Positions 43,517 through 52,323 of a stretch of 62,713 bases of DNA are shown here, one piece after another; position 1 is the stretch's first letter, and each line of letters starts with the position of its first letter. The translations under genes and the position numbers were made by a program. This DNA comes from Candidatus Woesearchaeota archaeon (GTDB lineage Archaea; Nanobdellota; Nanobdellia; Pacearchaeales; GW2011-AR1), in assembly GCA_964606775.1 (NCBI GenBank), contig CAZSGW010000001.1, positions 90,002 through 152,714 on the forward strand, in the 5' to 3' direction. A model generated the notes under the pieces. It made no database searches and had not been told where the DNA came from. It saw only the letters and a list, made by a program, of their open reading frames with translations.

Positions 43517-44227
43517 ATGGGTGCAATAGAACAAATAAAAAAAATGAAACAACAAGGAAAAACAGACCAAGAAATAACTCAAACCCTTCAAAACCAAGGA
43601 GTTTCCCCAAAAGCAATAAATGAAGCTTTTGGTCAAGCACAAATAAAAGATGCTGTATCTGGAAGTCAGGAATACAACGAACCTCCAATGCCTAACGAAA
43701 ATCTTCCTCAAACTCCTGTTCAAGAAAACCAAGATTATTACGATCCTCAACCCCAAACACAAGACTATTCCCAACAAAATTATTCTCCACCAGAACAAGA
43801 CCAGTATTACGATCAAAGCTACGATCAAGGACAGGGAGGATATGAACAAGAACAATACTATCCTCAACAAGGAGGTTACAATTCATACTCTTCCGCTGGA
43901 ACTTCAACGGACACCATGATTGAGATAGCAGGACAAGTATTCGAAGAAAAAACAAAAAAAATACAAAAACAAATTTCAGAAATAAATGAATTCAAAACAA
44001 TAACTGGAACTAAAATTGAAAATTATGGAGAAAGAATAAAAAAAATAGAGTCGATTATTGACAAGTTACAAATTGCAATACTAGAAAAAATAGGTTCATA
44101 TGGACAAAATTTAAACAGCATAAAAAAAGAAATGTCAATGATGCAAGATTCTTTTAGCAAAACACTTCCAGAATTTGCAAAAAAATACAATTCAAAAAAT
44201 AAAACTTCTCACAAAAAGAAAAAATAA
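43517..44227 (+). CDS. protein with a small N-terminal helical domain, a Q/Y/P-rich low-complexity region and a coiled coil
   Basis: 236 aa. The N-terminus is IEQIKKMKQQGKTDQEITQTLQNQGVSPKAINEAF. Residues 51-128 are almost only Q, Y, P, D, E, N, G and S. The C-terminus is a coiled coil. Confidence 0.6.
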   Translation: MGAIEQIKKMKQQGKTDQEITQTLQNQGVSPKAINEAFGQAQIKDAVSGSQEYNEPPMPNENLPQTPVQENQDYYDPQPQTQDYSQQNYSPPEQDQYYDQSYDQGQGGYEQEQYYPQQGGYNSYSSAGTSTDTMIEIAGQVFEEKTKKIQKQISEINEFKTITGTKIENYGERIKKIESIIDKLQIAILEKIGSYGQNLNSIKKEMSMMQDSFSKTLPEFAKKYNSKNKTSHKKKK

Positions 44228-44262
44228 ATTCTTTTTATCTCTCTAAAAAATCTAATCAAAAA

Positions 44263-44862
44263 TTATTTTCTTGCGCCAGAAAGAATATCCATCCACATAT
44301 TATCAGGATTATTCTTGCTATCATCCTTCTTCTTAAAAGAAGACACAACTACGATAAACAAAATTATGAAAACTATTATCGGCCAGTAAGCATTCAAAAT
44401 ATTCATTATCCAATAACCAACTCCTCCACCTCCGCCCATAGAAAACGAAGAAACTGAACCAATAATTACCCATAAAACAATTCCAACTATAACAACAATT
44501 AATCCCCAATTAAAACCCTTATTTGATTTGGGCAAAAATAGTCCTGCTCCAATTAAAATAACCAAAATAATAGCAAGGGCAATACCAAATCGAGGAAACA
44601 ATTCTGCAAAAAACATTGAAACAAAATCAAACTGTAAAGACATTAACGAAATAGACAATGCAATAATAGCGTTAATAGTCCTATTGGGATCCCCTTCCTT
44701 AGTCGAAAAAAGTCCAAGCCTCATCAACAATCCAAAAACCAATGCAAAAATTAAAAGGAAAGGTAACACATAACTAAAAATTCCAGACGCTTCCCACTGA
44801 GCAAGAAGATTTCCCATTGCACCTCCAACAAAACCATAAGAAGCTAAACTTATCACCATCAT
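44263..44862 (-). CDS. polytopic membrane protein (paralog of 44898-45392)
   Basis: 199 aa. It shares the N-terminal pattern ..PFLL.F..VF..L......F......NA..A..I.L with the upstream gene. Confidence 0.55.
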   Translation of the reverse strand: MMVISLASYGFVGGAMGNLLAQWEASGIFSYVLPFLLIFALVFGLLMRLGLFSTKEGDPNRTINAIIALSISLMSLQFDFVSMFFAELFPRFGIALAIILVILIGAGLFLPKSNKGFNWGLIVVIVGIVLWVIIGSVSSFSMGGGGGVGYWIMNILNAYWPIIVFIILFIVVVSSFKKKDDSKNNPDNMWMDILSGARK

Positions 44863-44897
44863 ATAATCTACTCAATTTTATTTAAATATGTTTCGAA

Positions 44898-45392
44898 TTA
44901 ACCGCTTTTCTTTTTTCCAATAACAAGAGCCAAAGCAACTGCAATCAAAACAATAAAAATAAGATTCGACCAAAATGCCCCGCTCCACGACTGATTAAAT
45001 AAATCACCTAAAAAACCTACTCCAACTCCTGTTGCCCAAAGGATAGCAATAATAACCGAGATACCAATTATAATTCCGAGAGTAATTTTCATTGTCTTAT
45101 TTGGAGTAAAACCCTCTTTCTTGTCTCCATAGACAAAGCCCCATAATAGAAGAACTACAAAAACAATAATCAATGCGACGCTCAAAAACAAAGTCATATT
45201 CGTAATTATCTGTTTAGGAAAAACCGCACTAACAAGAATCAATCCAATAACAAATGCAACCAAGGCATTAAGTTGTTGTTTTTTTTCTCCAAAAAGTTGA
45301 GTCTTCTCCAAAACAGCAAAGACAATAAAAAAGACTAATAAAAAAGGGTATGCAAAATTAACTAAAATATCACTTTGTAAAATTGTTGCCAT
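44898..45392 (-). CDS. polytopic membrane protein (paralog of 44263-44862)
   Basis: 164 aa with 4-5 TM helices. Confidence 0.55.
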   Translation of the reverse strand: MATILQSDILVNFAYPFLLVFFIVFAVLEKTQLFGEKKQQLNALVAFVIGLILVSAVFPKQIITNMTLFLSVALIIVFVVLLLWGFVYGDKKEGFTPNKTMKITLGIIIGISVIIAILWATGVGVGFLGDLFNQSWSGAFWSNLIFIVLIAVALALVIGKKKSG

Positions 45393-45419
45393 TGTATACC
45401 TCTTTTAACTTTCCAATAT

Positions 45420-45695
45420 TTATAATTCTTCTGGAACCTCTTCTAATCCTGATTCCTGACTTGGAAGAGCTGCATTGTTAATAATAATTACATCTCCAAT
45501 AGCTTTAACAAACTGATGAGGAATAATGACTCCTCTCGCACCACCAATCAAATTCAAAATACTTCCACCAACCTTGATTCTCCAGCTATCTACCTTATTT
45601 TCATAAACGTTAGCTTCCTCTATTTCTCCAAAAAAATTTCCAGAGTCAGTATAAACTTTAACGCCAATCAAATCAGTAATTTTCTTTACTATCAT
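45420..45695 (-). CDS. PRC-barrel domain protein
   Basis: The track start at 45710 is a TTG; the first ATG is at 45693-45695. MIVKKITDLIGVKVYTDSGNFFGEIEEANVYENKVDSWRIKVGG...GVIIPHQFVKAIGDVIIIN is the typical PRC-barrel pattern. Confidence 0.65.
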   Translation of the reverse strand: MIVKKITDLIGVKVYTDSGNFFGEIEEANVYENKVDSWRIKVGGSILNLIGGARGVIIPHQFVKAIGDVIIINNAALPSQESGLEEVPEEL

Positions 45696-45799
45696 ACTAA
45701 AAATTAACAAAAATCATTTAAATACTTTTCCATAATCAAAAGACTATTTTAATGACAATAAAACAAAACTATGGGATCAAAAAACCAGGCATAACAAAC

Positions 45800-45808
45800 T
45801 TTATAAAA
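45800..45808 (+). promoter_or_regulatory. TATA-like box
   Basis: TTTATAAAA lies 21-29 nt upstream of the ATG at 45829. Confidence 0.35.
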
Positions 45809-45828
45809 AATTTTGGATTAAAAATATA

Positions 45829-46461
45829 ATGATAAAACAAAAAGAGTGTGTACCATTAATAACACTTTCAATAATCTTCGCTTTCTCGATAACACTTCTA
45901 GAAAGTTCTTCATACTTTCTCTACGTGCTCGCAGGAATTTTCATCATCCTATTGCTAAACACTCTCATAAAAAAAATAACTGCATACTACCTCGAATCGG
46001 AAATTGAAATAAAAATGTGGGAATTTAAAAGATATGGATATCAAAACTCCCAAAAATTAAAAAGACCCTTTCCCGCAGGAGCATTCTTTCCATTAATCTC
46101 AAGAGTTTTATTTTTTCCGCTAAATGGATTCATCTGGATGGCATCTTTAGTATTCGACGTAAAATCAAAAACATACAAAGCCGCAAAACGCCACGGACAA
46201 TACTCTTATTCGGAAATAAACGAATCCGATATAGGATTAATCGCTGCAACAGGAATTTTTGCAAATCTATTATTAGCATTCTTATTTTACTTAGTGGGTT
46301 TTTCAGAATTTGCAAAGTTCAGCATTTGGTACGCCTTCTTTAATTTAATCCCTCTTTCAAATTTAGATGGAAACAAAATCTTTTTTGGAAGTAGCCTCTT
46401 ATGGAGTATTTTGTCTACAATAACTCTAATCGCACTTTCGTATAGTTTCTTCATAATTTAA
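45829..46461 (+). CDS. M50 (site-2 protease)-like membrane protein lacking the HExxH motif
   Basis: 210 aa. FFNLIPLSNLDGNKIF matches the NLlP..PLDG motif, and IAATGIFANLLLAF matches AGP..N. The HExxH position reads LNTLIKKITAYYL, so no metal ligands are present. Confidence 0.45.
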   Translation: MIKQKECVPLITLSIIFAFSITLLESSSYFLYVLAGIFIILLLNTLIKKITAYYLESEIEIKMWEFKRYGYQNSQKLKRPFPAGAFFPLISRVLFFPLNGFIWMASLVFDVKSKTYKAAKRHGQYSYSEINESDIGLIAATGIFANLLLAFLFYLVGFSEFAKFSIWYAFFNLIPLSNLDGNKIFFGSSLLWSILSTITLIALSYSFFII

Positions 46462-48012
46462 ATGGAATTTCTAAAAGGAATAACCCCGAGAGAATATCAA
46501 AAAAATATTCTTGAAACATGTAAAGAAAAGAATTGTTTAGTAGTGCTTCCAACCGGACTCGGAAAAACACTGATAGCATTAATGTTAACAATAGAAAGAA
46601 TGAAAAAATTTCCAGGAGAAAAAGTTTTATTCCTAGCTCCAACAAAACCTCTCACAGAACAACATTTAATTTCCTACAAAAAATATCTTCCCGAACTCTT
46701 CGGAGAAATACAATTATTCACTGGAGAAATAAATGCTGAAAAAAGAAAAAAAATCTGGCAGACTGCAGATATAATATTTTCAACACCCCAATGCATTGCA
46801 AACGACTTACAAAAAAGATTATATGATCTCTCAGATGTTTGTTTACTTATAGAAGACGAAGCCCATAGATGTGTAAAAAATTACGACTACAATAAAATTG
46901 CTCAACTTTACAGGATACAAGGAAAAAACAAAAGAATAATCGGAATGACTGCATCTCCCGGAAGCGATACAACAAAAATAAAACAAATATGCAGAAATCT
47001 CTCAATAGAAGAAGTAGAATTAAGAACGCGAAACTCCGAGGACGTAAAAAAATATTTACAAGACCTAGAATTCAAAAAAGTAAATGTAGATTTTCCCCCA
47101 GAATTTCAAGAAATGAAACATCTTCTATTAAAATTATTCAATCAATACACAGAAGAAATGAGATATAGAAATGTTCTATTCGGACCCGTAACAAAAACAA
47201 ATCTATTAAAACTCCAAAAAAACATGATGTCTACCTTATCAAGAGGAAACAGAAACTATAATTATATGTTGGGAATGAGCGCATGCGCACAAGCAATAAA
47301 ACTTCAACACGCACTAGAATTATTAGAAACCCAAACATTAGAAAGTTTCAATAAATATCTAAAAAATTTATTTGACCAAGCATCAAAAAAACAAAGCAAA
47401 GGGGTTGTAAAACTCGTAGCAAAACCAGAATTCAATTTCCTTTTCATGCAATCAAACGAACTACTTTCAAAAAACAAGGAACATCCAAAATTATTAGAAC
47501 TCGAAAAAATAATTTCAAATGAAAATGCAGAATCAAAAAAAATAATATTTACTCAATTCAGGGACACTGCCGAAGCGATAAATAAAAGATTGAAAGAAAT
47601 ACCGGGAATAAAACCAAAAACTTTTGTGGGACAATCCAATAAAACAAATTCTGGAGGACAAAAAGGATTAAGTCAAAAAGAACAAAAAAAGATAATACAA
47701 GAATTTTCCGAGGGAGAAATAAATACACTTGTTGCAACCTGCATTGCAGAGGAGGGACTTGATATTCCGGAAGTAAACACCGTCATATTTTATGAACCTT
47801 TGCCCTCTGCCATAAGGACAATTCAACGGACGGGAAGAACAGCGAGGCTAAATAAAGGAAAACTCATAATGCTGATAACTAAAAAAACCAGGGATGAAAA
47901 CTACTTTTATATTTCAAAATCACGTGAGAAAAAAATGGAATCGTCAATAGAAACAATAAAAAATCAACTCTCAAACGAAAATAAATTAGACTACCAAAAA
48001 AATCTAACATGA
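46462..48012 (+). CDS. hef: Hef/FANCM-type SF2 helicase (helicase part only)
   Basis: 516 aa. Motifs include REYQKNILETCKEKNCLVVLPTGLGKTLIA (motif I), LIEDEAHR (DEAH), MTASPGS and QRTGRTAR (motif VI). Confidence 0.85.
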   Translation: MEFLKGITPREYQKNILETCKEKNCLVVLPTGLGKTLIALMLTIERMKKFPGEKVLFLAPTKPLTEQHLISYKKYLPELFGEIQLFTGEINAEKRKKIWQTADIIFSTPQCIANDLQKRLYDLSDVCLLIEDEAHRCVKNYDYNKIAQLYRIQGKNKRIIGMTASPGSDTTKIKQICRNLSIEEVELRTRNSEDVKKYLQDLEFKKVNVDFPPEFQEMKHLLLKLFNQYTEEMRYRNVLFGPVTKTNLLKLQKNMMSTLSRGNRNYNYMLGMSACAQAIKLQHALELLETQTLESFNKYLKNLFDQASKKQSKGVVKLVAKPEFNFLFMQSNELLSKNKEHPKLLELEKIISNENAESKKIIFTQFRDTAEAINKRLKEIPGIKPKTFVGQSNKTNSGGQKGLSQKEQKKIIQEFSEGEINTLVATCIAEEGLDIPEVNTVIFYEPLPSAIRTIQRTGRTARLNKGKLIMLITKKTRDENYFYISKSREKKMESSIETIKNQLSNENKLDYQKNLT

Positions 48013-48539
48013 TAATCACAATAGCGGGAGAAGCTGGTTCGGGAAAAGGAACGATATCAAAGATACTTAAAGAAAAAATGAATTACGAATATTTCTCAAT
48101 GGGAGACATCCGAAGAGAGATTGCAAAAACAAAAAATATTACAATTGATGAGTTAAATAAAATAGGAGAAAAAGAAAAATGGACAGACAGCGAAGTTGAT
48201 AATTTTCAGAGAGAAATTCTTTCAAAAAAAGATAATATAATTGTAGATGGAAGACTCTCTTGGCATTTCATAAAAAACTCACTAAAAATATTTCTATACG
48301 TAGATGAAAATGAAAGTGCAAAAAGAATCTTTAATAATCAAAGAGATTCCGAGAAAAAATTTAATAAAATTAAAGAAGTAATTGAATACAATAAAGAAAG
48401 AAAAAACAGCGACATAAAAAGATACAAAAAATACTACAAAATAAATCCGTATGAAAAAAATAATTTTGATTTAACCATTAACACAACAAACAAAACTCCC
48501 AAAGAAATAGTTGAAGAAATAATGAAAAAAATAAAATGA
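48009..48539 (+). CDS. cmk: archaeal-type cytidylate kinase
   Basis: 176 aa. MIITIAGEAGSGKGTISKILKEKMNYEYFSMGDIRREIA...IVDGRLSWHF...KRYKKYYKINPYEKNNFDLTINT matches the archaeal CMP kinase pattern. ATGA overlaps occur at both ends. Confidence 0.8.
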   Translation: MIITIAGEAGSGKGTISKILKEKMNYEYFSMGDIRREIAKTKNITIDELNKIGEKEKWTDSEVDNFQREILSKKDNIIVDGRLSWHFIKNSLKIFLYVDENESAKRIFNNQRDSEKKFNKIKEVIEYNKERKNSDIKRYKKYYKINPYEKNNFDLTINTTNKTPKEIVEEIMKKIK

Positions 48540-49240
48540 AAACAATAATAAAAAAACAAATCGAAGACATTTTTTCAAAGAAAAATCCTTCCAAAGAAAC
48601 ATCCAAAAAAGAATCTAAAATAAAAGTTCAAGTTGATTATCGTGAAAAGAACTCCTTAGTCCCAACAGAATTAATAAAAAATGGGTTTGAAATAGAATTC
48701 AAAGAATTAAAAGTTGCGGATTACATAGTAAAAGACACTGCAATCGAAAGAAAATACGTATCAGACTTTGTTGGATCAATGATGAATCAAAGACTTCTAA
48801 GACAAATTGAAGAATTAAAACAATATAAAAATAAACTACTAATAATCGAGGGCATAGATGAACAAGAACTATATAACGACGAGGAAACAGGTGTAAACGC
48901 AAATGCAATCAGAGGATTCATTCTCTCAATTATTTTAAAACACCAAATCCCAACAATCTTTACAAAAGATGCAAAAGATACTGCAAAATTCATATCTGTA
49001 TTAGCAAAAAAAAGAAAAAAGGAAACAAAACTAAATCCAAGAAAGAAAACTCTGGACAAGAAAGAACAATTACAATTTATAGTGGAGAGTTTTCCAGGAA
49101 TAGGACCAAAAAAATCAAAAGAACTCTTAAAAAAATTCGGAAATTTACAAAACATAATTAATGCGCCAACAGAAGAACTTCAAGAAATTCTCGGGAAAAA
49201 AGCGGAAACAATAATTGAGATAATTAATCGGAAATACTAA
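48536..49240 (+). CDS. XPF/Hef ERCC4 nuclease domain with HhH2
   Basis: 234 aa. VQVDYREKNS...VADYIVKDTAIERKYVSDFVGSM is the ERCC4 GDx(n)ERKx3D-type motif. The C-terminal FPGIGPKKSKELLKKFGNLQNIINA is an HhH. Confidence 0.8.
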   Translation: MKTIIKKQIEDIFSKKNPSKETSKKESKIKVQVDYREKNSLVPTELIKNGFEIEFKELKVADYIVKDTAIERKYVSDFVGSMMNQRLLRQIEELKQYKNKLLIIEGIDEQELYNDEETGVNANAIRGFILSIILKHQIPTIFTKDAKDTAKFISVLAKKRKKETKLNPRKKTLDKKEQLQFIVESFPGIGPKKSKELLKKFGNLQNIINAPTEELQEILGKKAETIIEIINRKY

Positions 49241-49259
49241 CTAAATTTTATACAAAAAA

Positions 49260-49814
49260 CTAACCCCTATACAATAAATTAAAATCCCTTAAAACAGAAT
49301 ATCTCGGACCCTTAGGAGTTAAAACTGATTTAACCAACGAAAATTGCTCCGCAATAAAAAACATTTTTGAGGGAGTAACTTCTTTCAATTTTTGAAAAAA
49401 TCCAGCCCTATTTTTTATCTTTTTGATCCGAGCAATTGTAACATGGGAACTAAAATCTCTTTCATCTTTTGGGATACCAGCTTCTTCCAATTTCTCTTCA
49501 AGAATACTTTTCAATTCCTCAATATCATTAGCAACTAACTTAATCCAGAGAATTCTAGGTTTCTTTTCATCTGGAAAAAATCCTACCTCTCCGGTCTCAA
49601 CAGGAAATTTTCTAAAGTTTATAGAAGATAAAGCCTTTTCAACTTTTTCTATCTGATGCTTAGACAAATTACCTAAAAACTTCAAAGTCAAATGTAAATT
49701 CTCCTTACGAGTAAAATTCCCAAAAAGAAATCCTGATTTTTTCAACCCCCTAAATGATTTAAAAATATTTGAACGAATATTTTCAGGCAATTCAATTGAA
49801 ACAAAAGCTCTCAT
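49260..49814 (-). CDS. 2H phosphoesterase (RNA 2',3'-cyclic phosphodiesterase / LigT-like)
   Basis: 184 aa with two H-x-T-x motifs: NLHLTLKFLG and SHVTIARI. Confidence 0.8.
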   Translation of the reverse strand: MRAFVSIELPENIRSNIFKSFRGLKKSGFLFGNFTRKENLHLTLKFLGNLSKHQIEKVEKALSSINFRKFPVETGEVGFFPDEKKPRILWIKLVANDIEELKSILEEKLEEAGIPKDERDFSSHVTIARIKKIKNRAGFFQKLKEVTPSKMFFIAEQFSLVKSVLTPKGPRYSVLRDFNLLYRG

Positions 49815-49815
49815 T

Positions 49816-50619
49816 TTAAACTAATTCAGATAAAATCTTTGCACCTAATTTTGTGGTTAAATTATCTCTATCCTTATCTGGATTTATCTCAACCAAATCA
49901 AAACCTCTTAAATTTTTAAGTTTATATATTCTAGAAAGCAAGTATAAAAACTCCCTCGAAGACAAGCCTCCACCCTCAAGATAACCCGTCCCAGGAGCAA
50001 ACGCAGGATCAATAACATCAATATCTAGCGAAACATAGAGCTCTTTTCCTCTTGAAAACTCCATAATAACATCACAACATTCATGCAAATTTTCCAACAA
50101 AGAATTCATTGGCATTATTTTAACACCCTTTTCCCTCAAAAATCCCAACTCATTTTCCCATATTTTTCTAACACCTACCAACAAAATATTCTCAGAAGGA
50201 AAACCCTCCTCAATTACCTTTCTTAACCACTCTTCATGAGTTGGCTCTTGATTTGGATAATCACAATCAGCATGAGCATCAAAAACAACAAGACAAGGCT
50301 CCTTTCCAGAATTTTGAACAGAATCCAAAAACCCTCTAACCAAAGGATAACTAACAGAATGGTCCCCTCCCAAAAAAAGAGTAAATGGTTTAGATTCAAA
50401 ACTTTCAAAAGATTTATCATAAATCAAACGAACATTTTTCTCCAAATCAGAATCATCCAATTTAAGAGAATCTAATGTAAATTTAGAAACATCAACTTCT
50501 CTTCCAGATTCATTTGAAAATTTATCTTCTCTTAAAACTTTCAAAATCTCGCTTCCAGCTTTTTCACAGCCTTTCGTTTTCCCTAATCCATTAATTCCAG
50601 GAACTTTTACAACAAACAT
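49816..50619 (-). CDS. ureohydrolase family protein (agmatinase/arginase-like)
   Basis: 267 aa. FLGGDHSVSYPLV, VVFDAHADC and SLDIDVIDPAFAPGTG are the conserved Mn-binding motifs. Confidence 0.8.
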   Translation of the reverse strand: MFVVKVPGINGLGKTKGCEKAGSEILKVLREDKFSNESGREVDVSKFTLDSLKLDDSDLEKNVRLIYDKSFESFESKPFTLFLGGDHSVSYPLVRGFLDSVQNSGKEPCLVVFDAHADCDYPNQEPTHEEWLRKVIEEGFPSENILLVGVRKIWENELGFLREKGVKIMPMNSLLENLHECCDVIMEFSRGKELYVSLDIDVIDPAFAPGTGYLEGGGLSSREFLYLLSRIYKLKNLRGFDLVEINPDKDRDNLTTKLGAKILSELV

Positions 50620-50766
50620 ATTATTAAAGAAAACTTGATGTTTTTAAGATTATTCATGACGACCACAAAAATATTTAGATTTTATTAAATAAATGAGATT
50701 TAAAAACAACCCTCAAATAAAAACAATAAAGACCAAAAAACTTTAAAAGGAAAATTACGAAAAAAG

Positions 50767-51093
50767 TTGATGATAATTTCAAAAGACCAAGATAAAGAAT
50801 TGTATGGAAAGGCAATAAAATATCTTAAAAACAAAAACCCTTGGAGAAATTCAAAAATAAACCTTTCAAAAGAAAGTTATGGAATAGATTACAAAAAATT
50901 AGCAAGAAGCCATGCAGAAGAAGAGTTAGGAAAATTGGAAGAGAAGGCCCACATTGCAATAATTGAAGAAGAAAAATCAAAAATAAAAGAACCTTCAATA
51001 AAAACAAAATACTTTAAACTAAATACAAAAGAATACAAAATATTGGAAACGATAAAGAAAAGGACAGATAATACTTTATTCCTCAGGAACTAA
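50767..51093 (+). CDS. hypothetical protein
   Basis: 108 aa ORF (TTG at 50767, ATG at 50770). It overlaps the convergent M16 gene end by 18 nt. Confidence 0.35.
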   Translation: MMIISKDQDKELYGKAIKYLKNKNPWRNSKINLSKESYGIDYKKLARSHAEEELGKLEEKAHIAIIEEEKSKIKEPSIKTKYFKLNTKEYKILETIKKRTDNTLFLRN

Positions 51094-52287
51094 CGCAAAA
51101 AAACTATAATTGCCTTCCTTCACATTAGAGGCCATTTCTTTTACATCTTCCAACTTAACTTCAGAAATATTTTTTTCAAAATCATAAAAATCTTCTGCTT
51201 TAGTATGAATTTCTGAAGCCAATAAATCCATCATCTGGGAAGATGAGTCTTCCATTGAAATTTGATGTTGTCCGATCAATTGGTCCTTAACTTGTTTCAA
51301 CTCTTTATCTCCCAACTCCTTAGAAACTTTTTGAAATTCTTCTAATATTATCTTCTTAACCTCTTCAACATTTTCCGGAGACGTTCCAACATAAACAAAA
51401 TTATAAGCAAACCTTTTATTTATATCGGCACCACCTTTAACAGCATAAGCCAAATTTCTTTTCTCACGTACTTCACTAAATAATCTGGAAGACATTCCAT
51501 CTGCCATCAAAGTATTCAAAACTCTAGCAACAGAAGATTTCTTTTCACCTGCCAAAGGAACATGGTATGCAAAAACCAAATTCGCCTGATCAATACCTTT
51601 TCTTTTTTCAACCTTAACTTCATTCTTCAATTCAATATCTCTCTCAGGTATGCTTCCCTCTTTCTTAACAAAATTCTTTTCGCAAAAATTAACCAAATCA
51701 TCAAATTCACAATCTCCAACTACTGTCAAAACCATATTCTCAGAAAAATAATCTCTTTCAAAATAACCTTTCAATTTCTCTCGATCAATAGAGTTCATAG
51801 TTTCGTGAGTTCCGATAATGTCTACACTCAATGATCCTCCATAAAGACATCGCTGAATCTCATTAAAAACATGTTTAATTGGATTATCATGGTAAAGTTT
51901 AATTTCTTCAAAAATAACTTTTCGCTCCTTCTCTAATTCTTTTTCATCGAACAAAGGATTCTTAACTAAATCGCTTAAAACCTCTAATGCTGAATTCAAA
52001 TTTTTAGAAGGAATCTTACAATAAAAACCAACAAGTTCTTCCGAAGTAAATGCATTCATCTCTCCTCCTTTTTTCTCAATCTCCTCTGGAATCTCTTTAA
52101 CAGACCTATTTTTAGTTCCCTTAAAAACCATGTGCTCAATAAAATGAGAAATTCCTTTTTCATCTAAGCCTTCATTAATAGAACCTGACTTAATTGCAAA
52201 AGAAACACTTACAACCGGAACATCCCTCTTCTCAAAAAGTATAGTCATGCCATTACTCAAAACCTTTTTATTAAAATTCTCACGCAT
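51076..52287 (-). CDS. M16 (pitrilysin) family zinc peptidase
   Basis: 403 aa. GISHFIEHMVFKGT contains the inverted HxxEH zinc motif. The length and layout are typical of the M16B family. Confidence 0.85.
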   Translation of the reverse strand: MRENFNKKVLSNGMTILFEKRDVPVVSVSFAIKSGSINEGLDEKGISHFIEHMVFKGTKNRSVKEIPEEIEKKGGEMNAFTSEELVGFYCKIPSKNLNSALEVLSDLVKNPLFDEKELEKERKVIFEEIKLYHDNPIKHVFNEIQRCLYGGSLSVDIIGTHETMNSIDREKLKGYFERDYFSENMVLTVVGDCEFDDLVNFCEKNFVKKEGSIPERDIELKNEVKVEKRKGIDQANLVFAYHVPLAGEKKSSVARVLNTLMADGMSSRLFSEVREKRNLAYAVKGGADINKRFAYNFVYVGTSPENVEEVKKIILEEFQKVSKELGDKELKQVKDQLIGQHQISMEDSSSQMMDLLASEIHTKAEDFYDFEKNISEVKLEDVKEMASNVKEGNYSFFALVPEE

Positions 52288-52323
52288 AAAGAAAAAAAAA
52301 GATGTAACTATTTAAAGATTATT
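52264..52323. repeat. 60-nt duplicated segment, copy A
   Basis: CTTTTTATTAAAATTCTCACGCATAAAG-A9-GATGTAACTATTTAAAGATTATT covers the first 8 codons of the M16 gene, the intergenic region and the last codons of 52312-52962. It is nearly identical to 53449-53507. Confidence 0.85.

Noticed and set aside
43502-43955. Four overlapping ORFs from the track: 43502-43870 (-), 43506-43688 (-), 43650-43919 (+) and 43692-43955 (-).
   Set aside because: They all lie inside the Q/Y/P-rich low-complexity part of ORF 43517-44227 and have repetitive L/F/V-rich or K/T-rich translations. These are shadow frames of a compositionally biased coding region.
50767-50830. TGATGA at 50769-50774 considered as a C box of a C/D sRNA.
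   Set aside because: There is no matching D box (CTGA) with terminal stem pairing at a suitable distance. The sequence is simply the TTG-ATG start region of an ORF.
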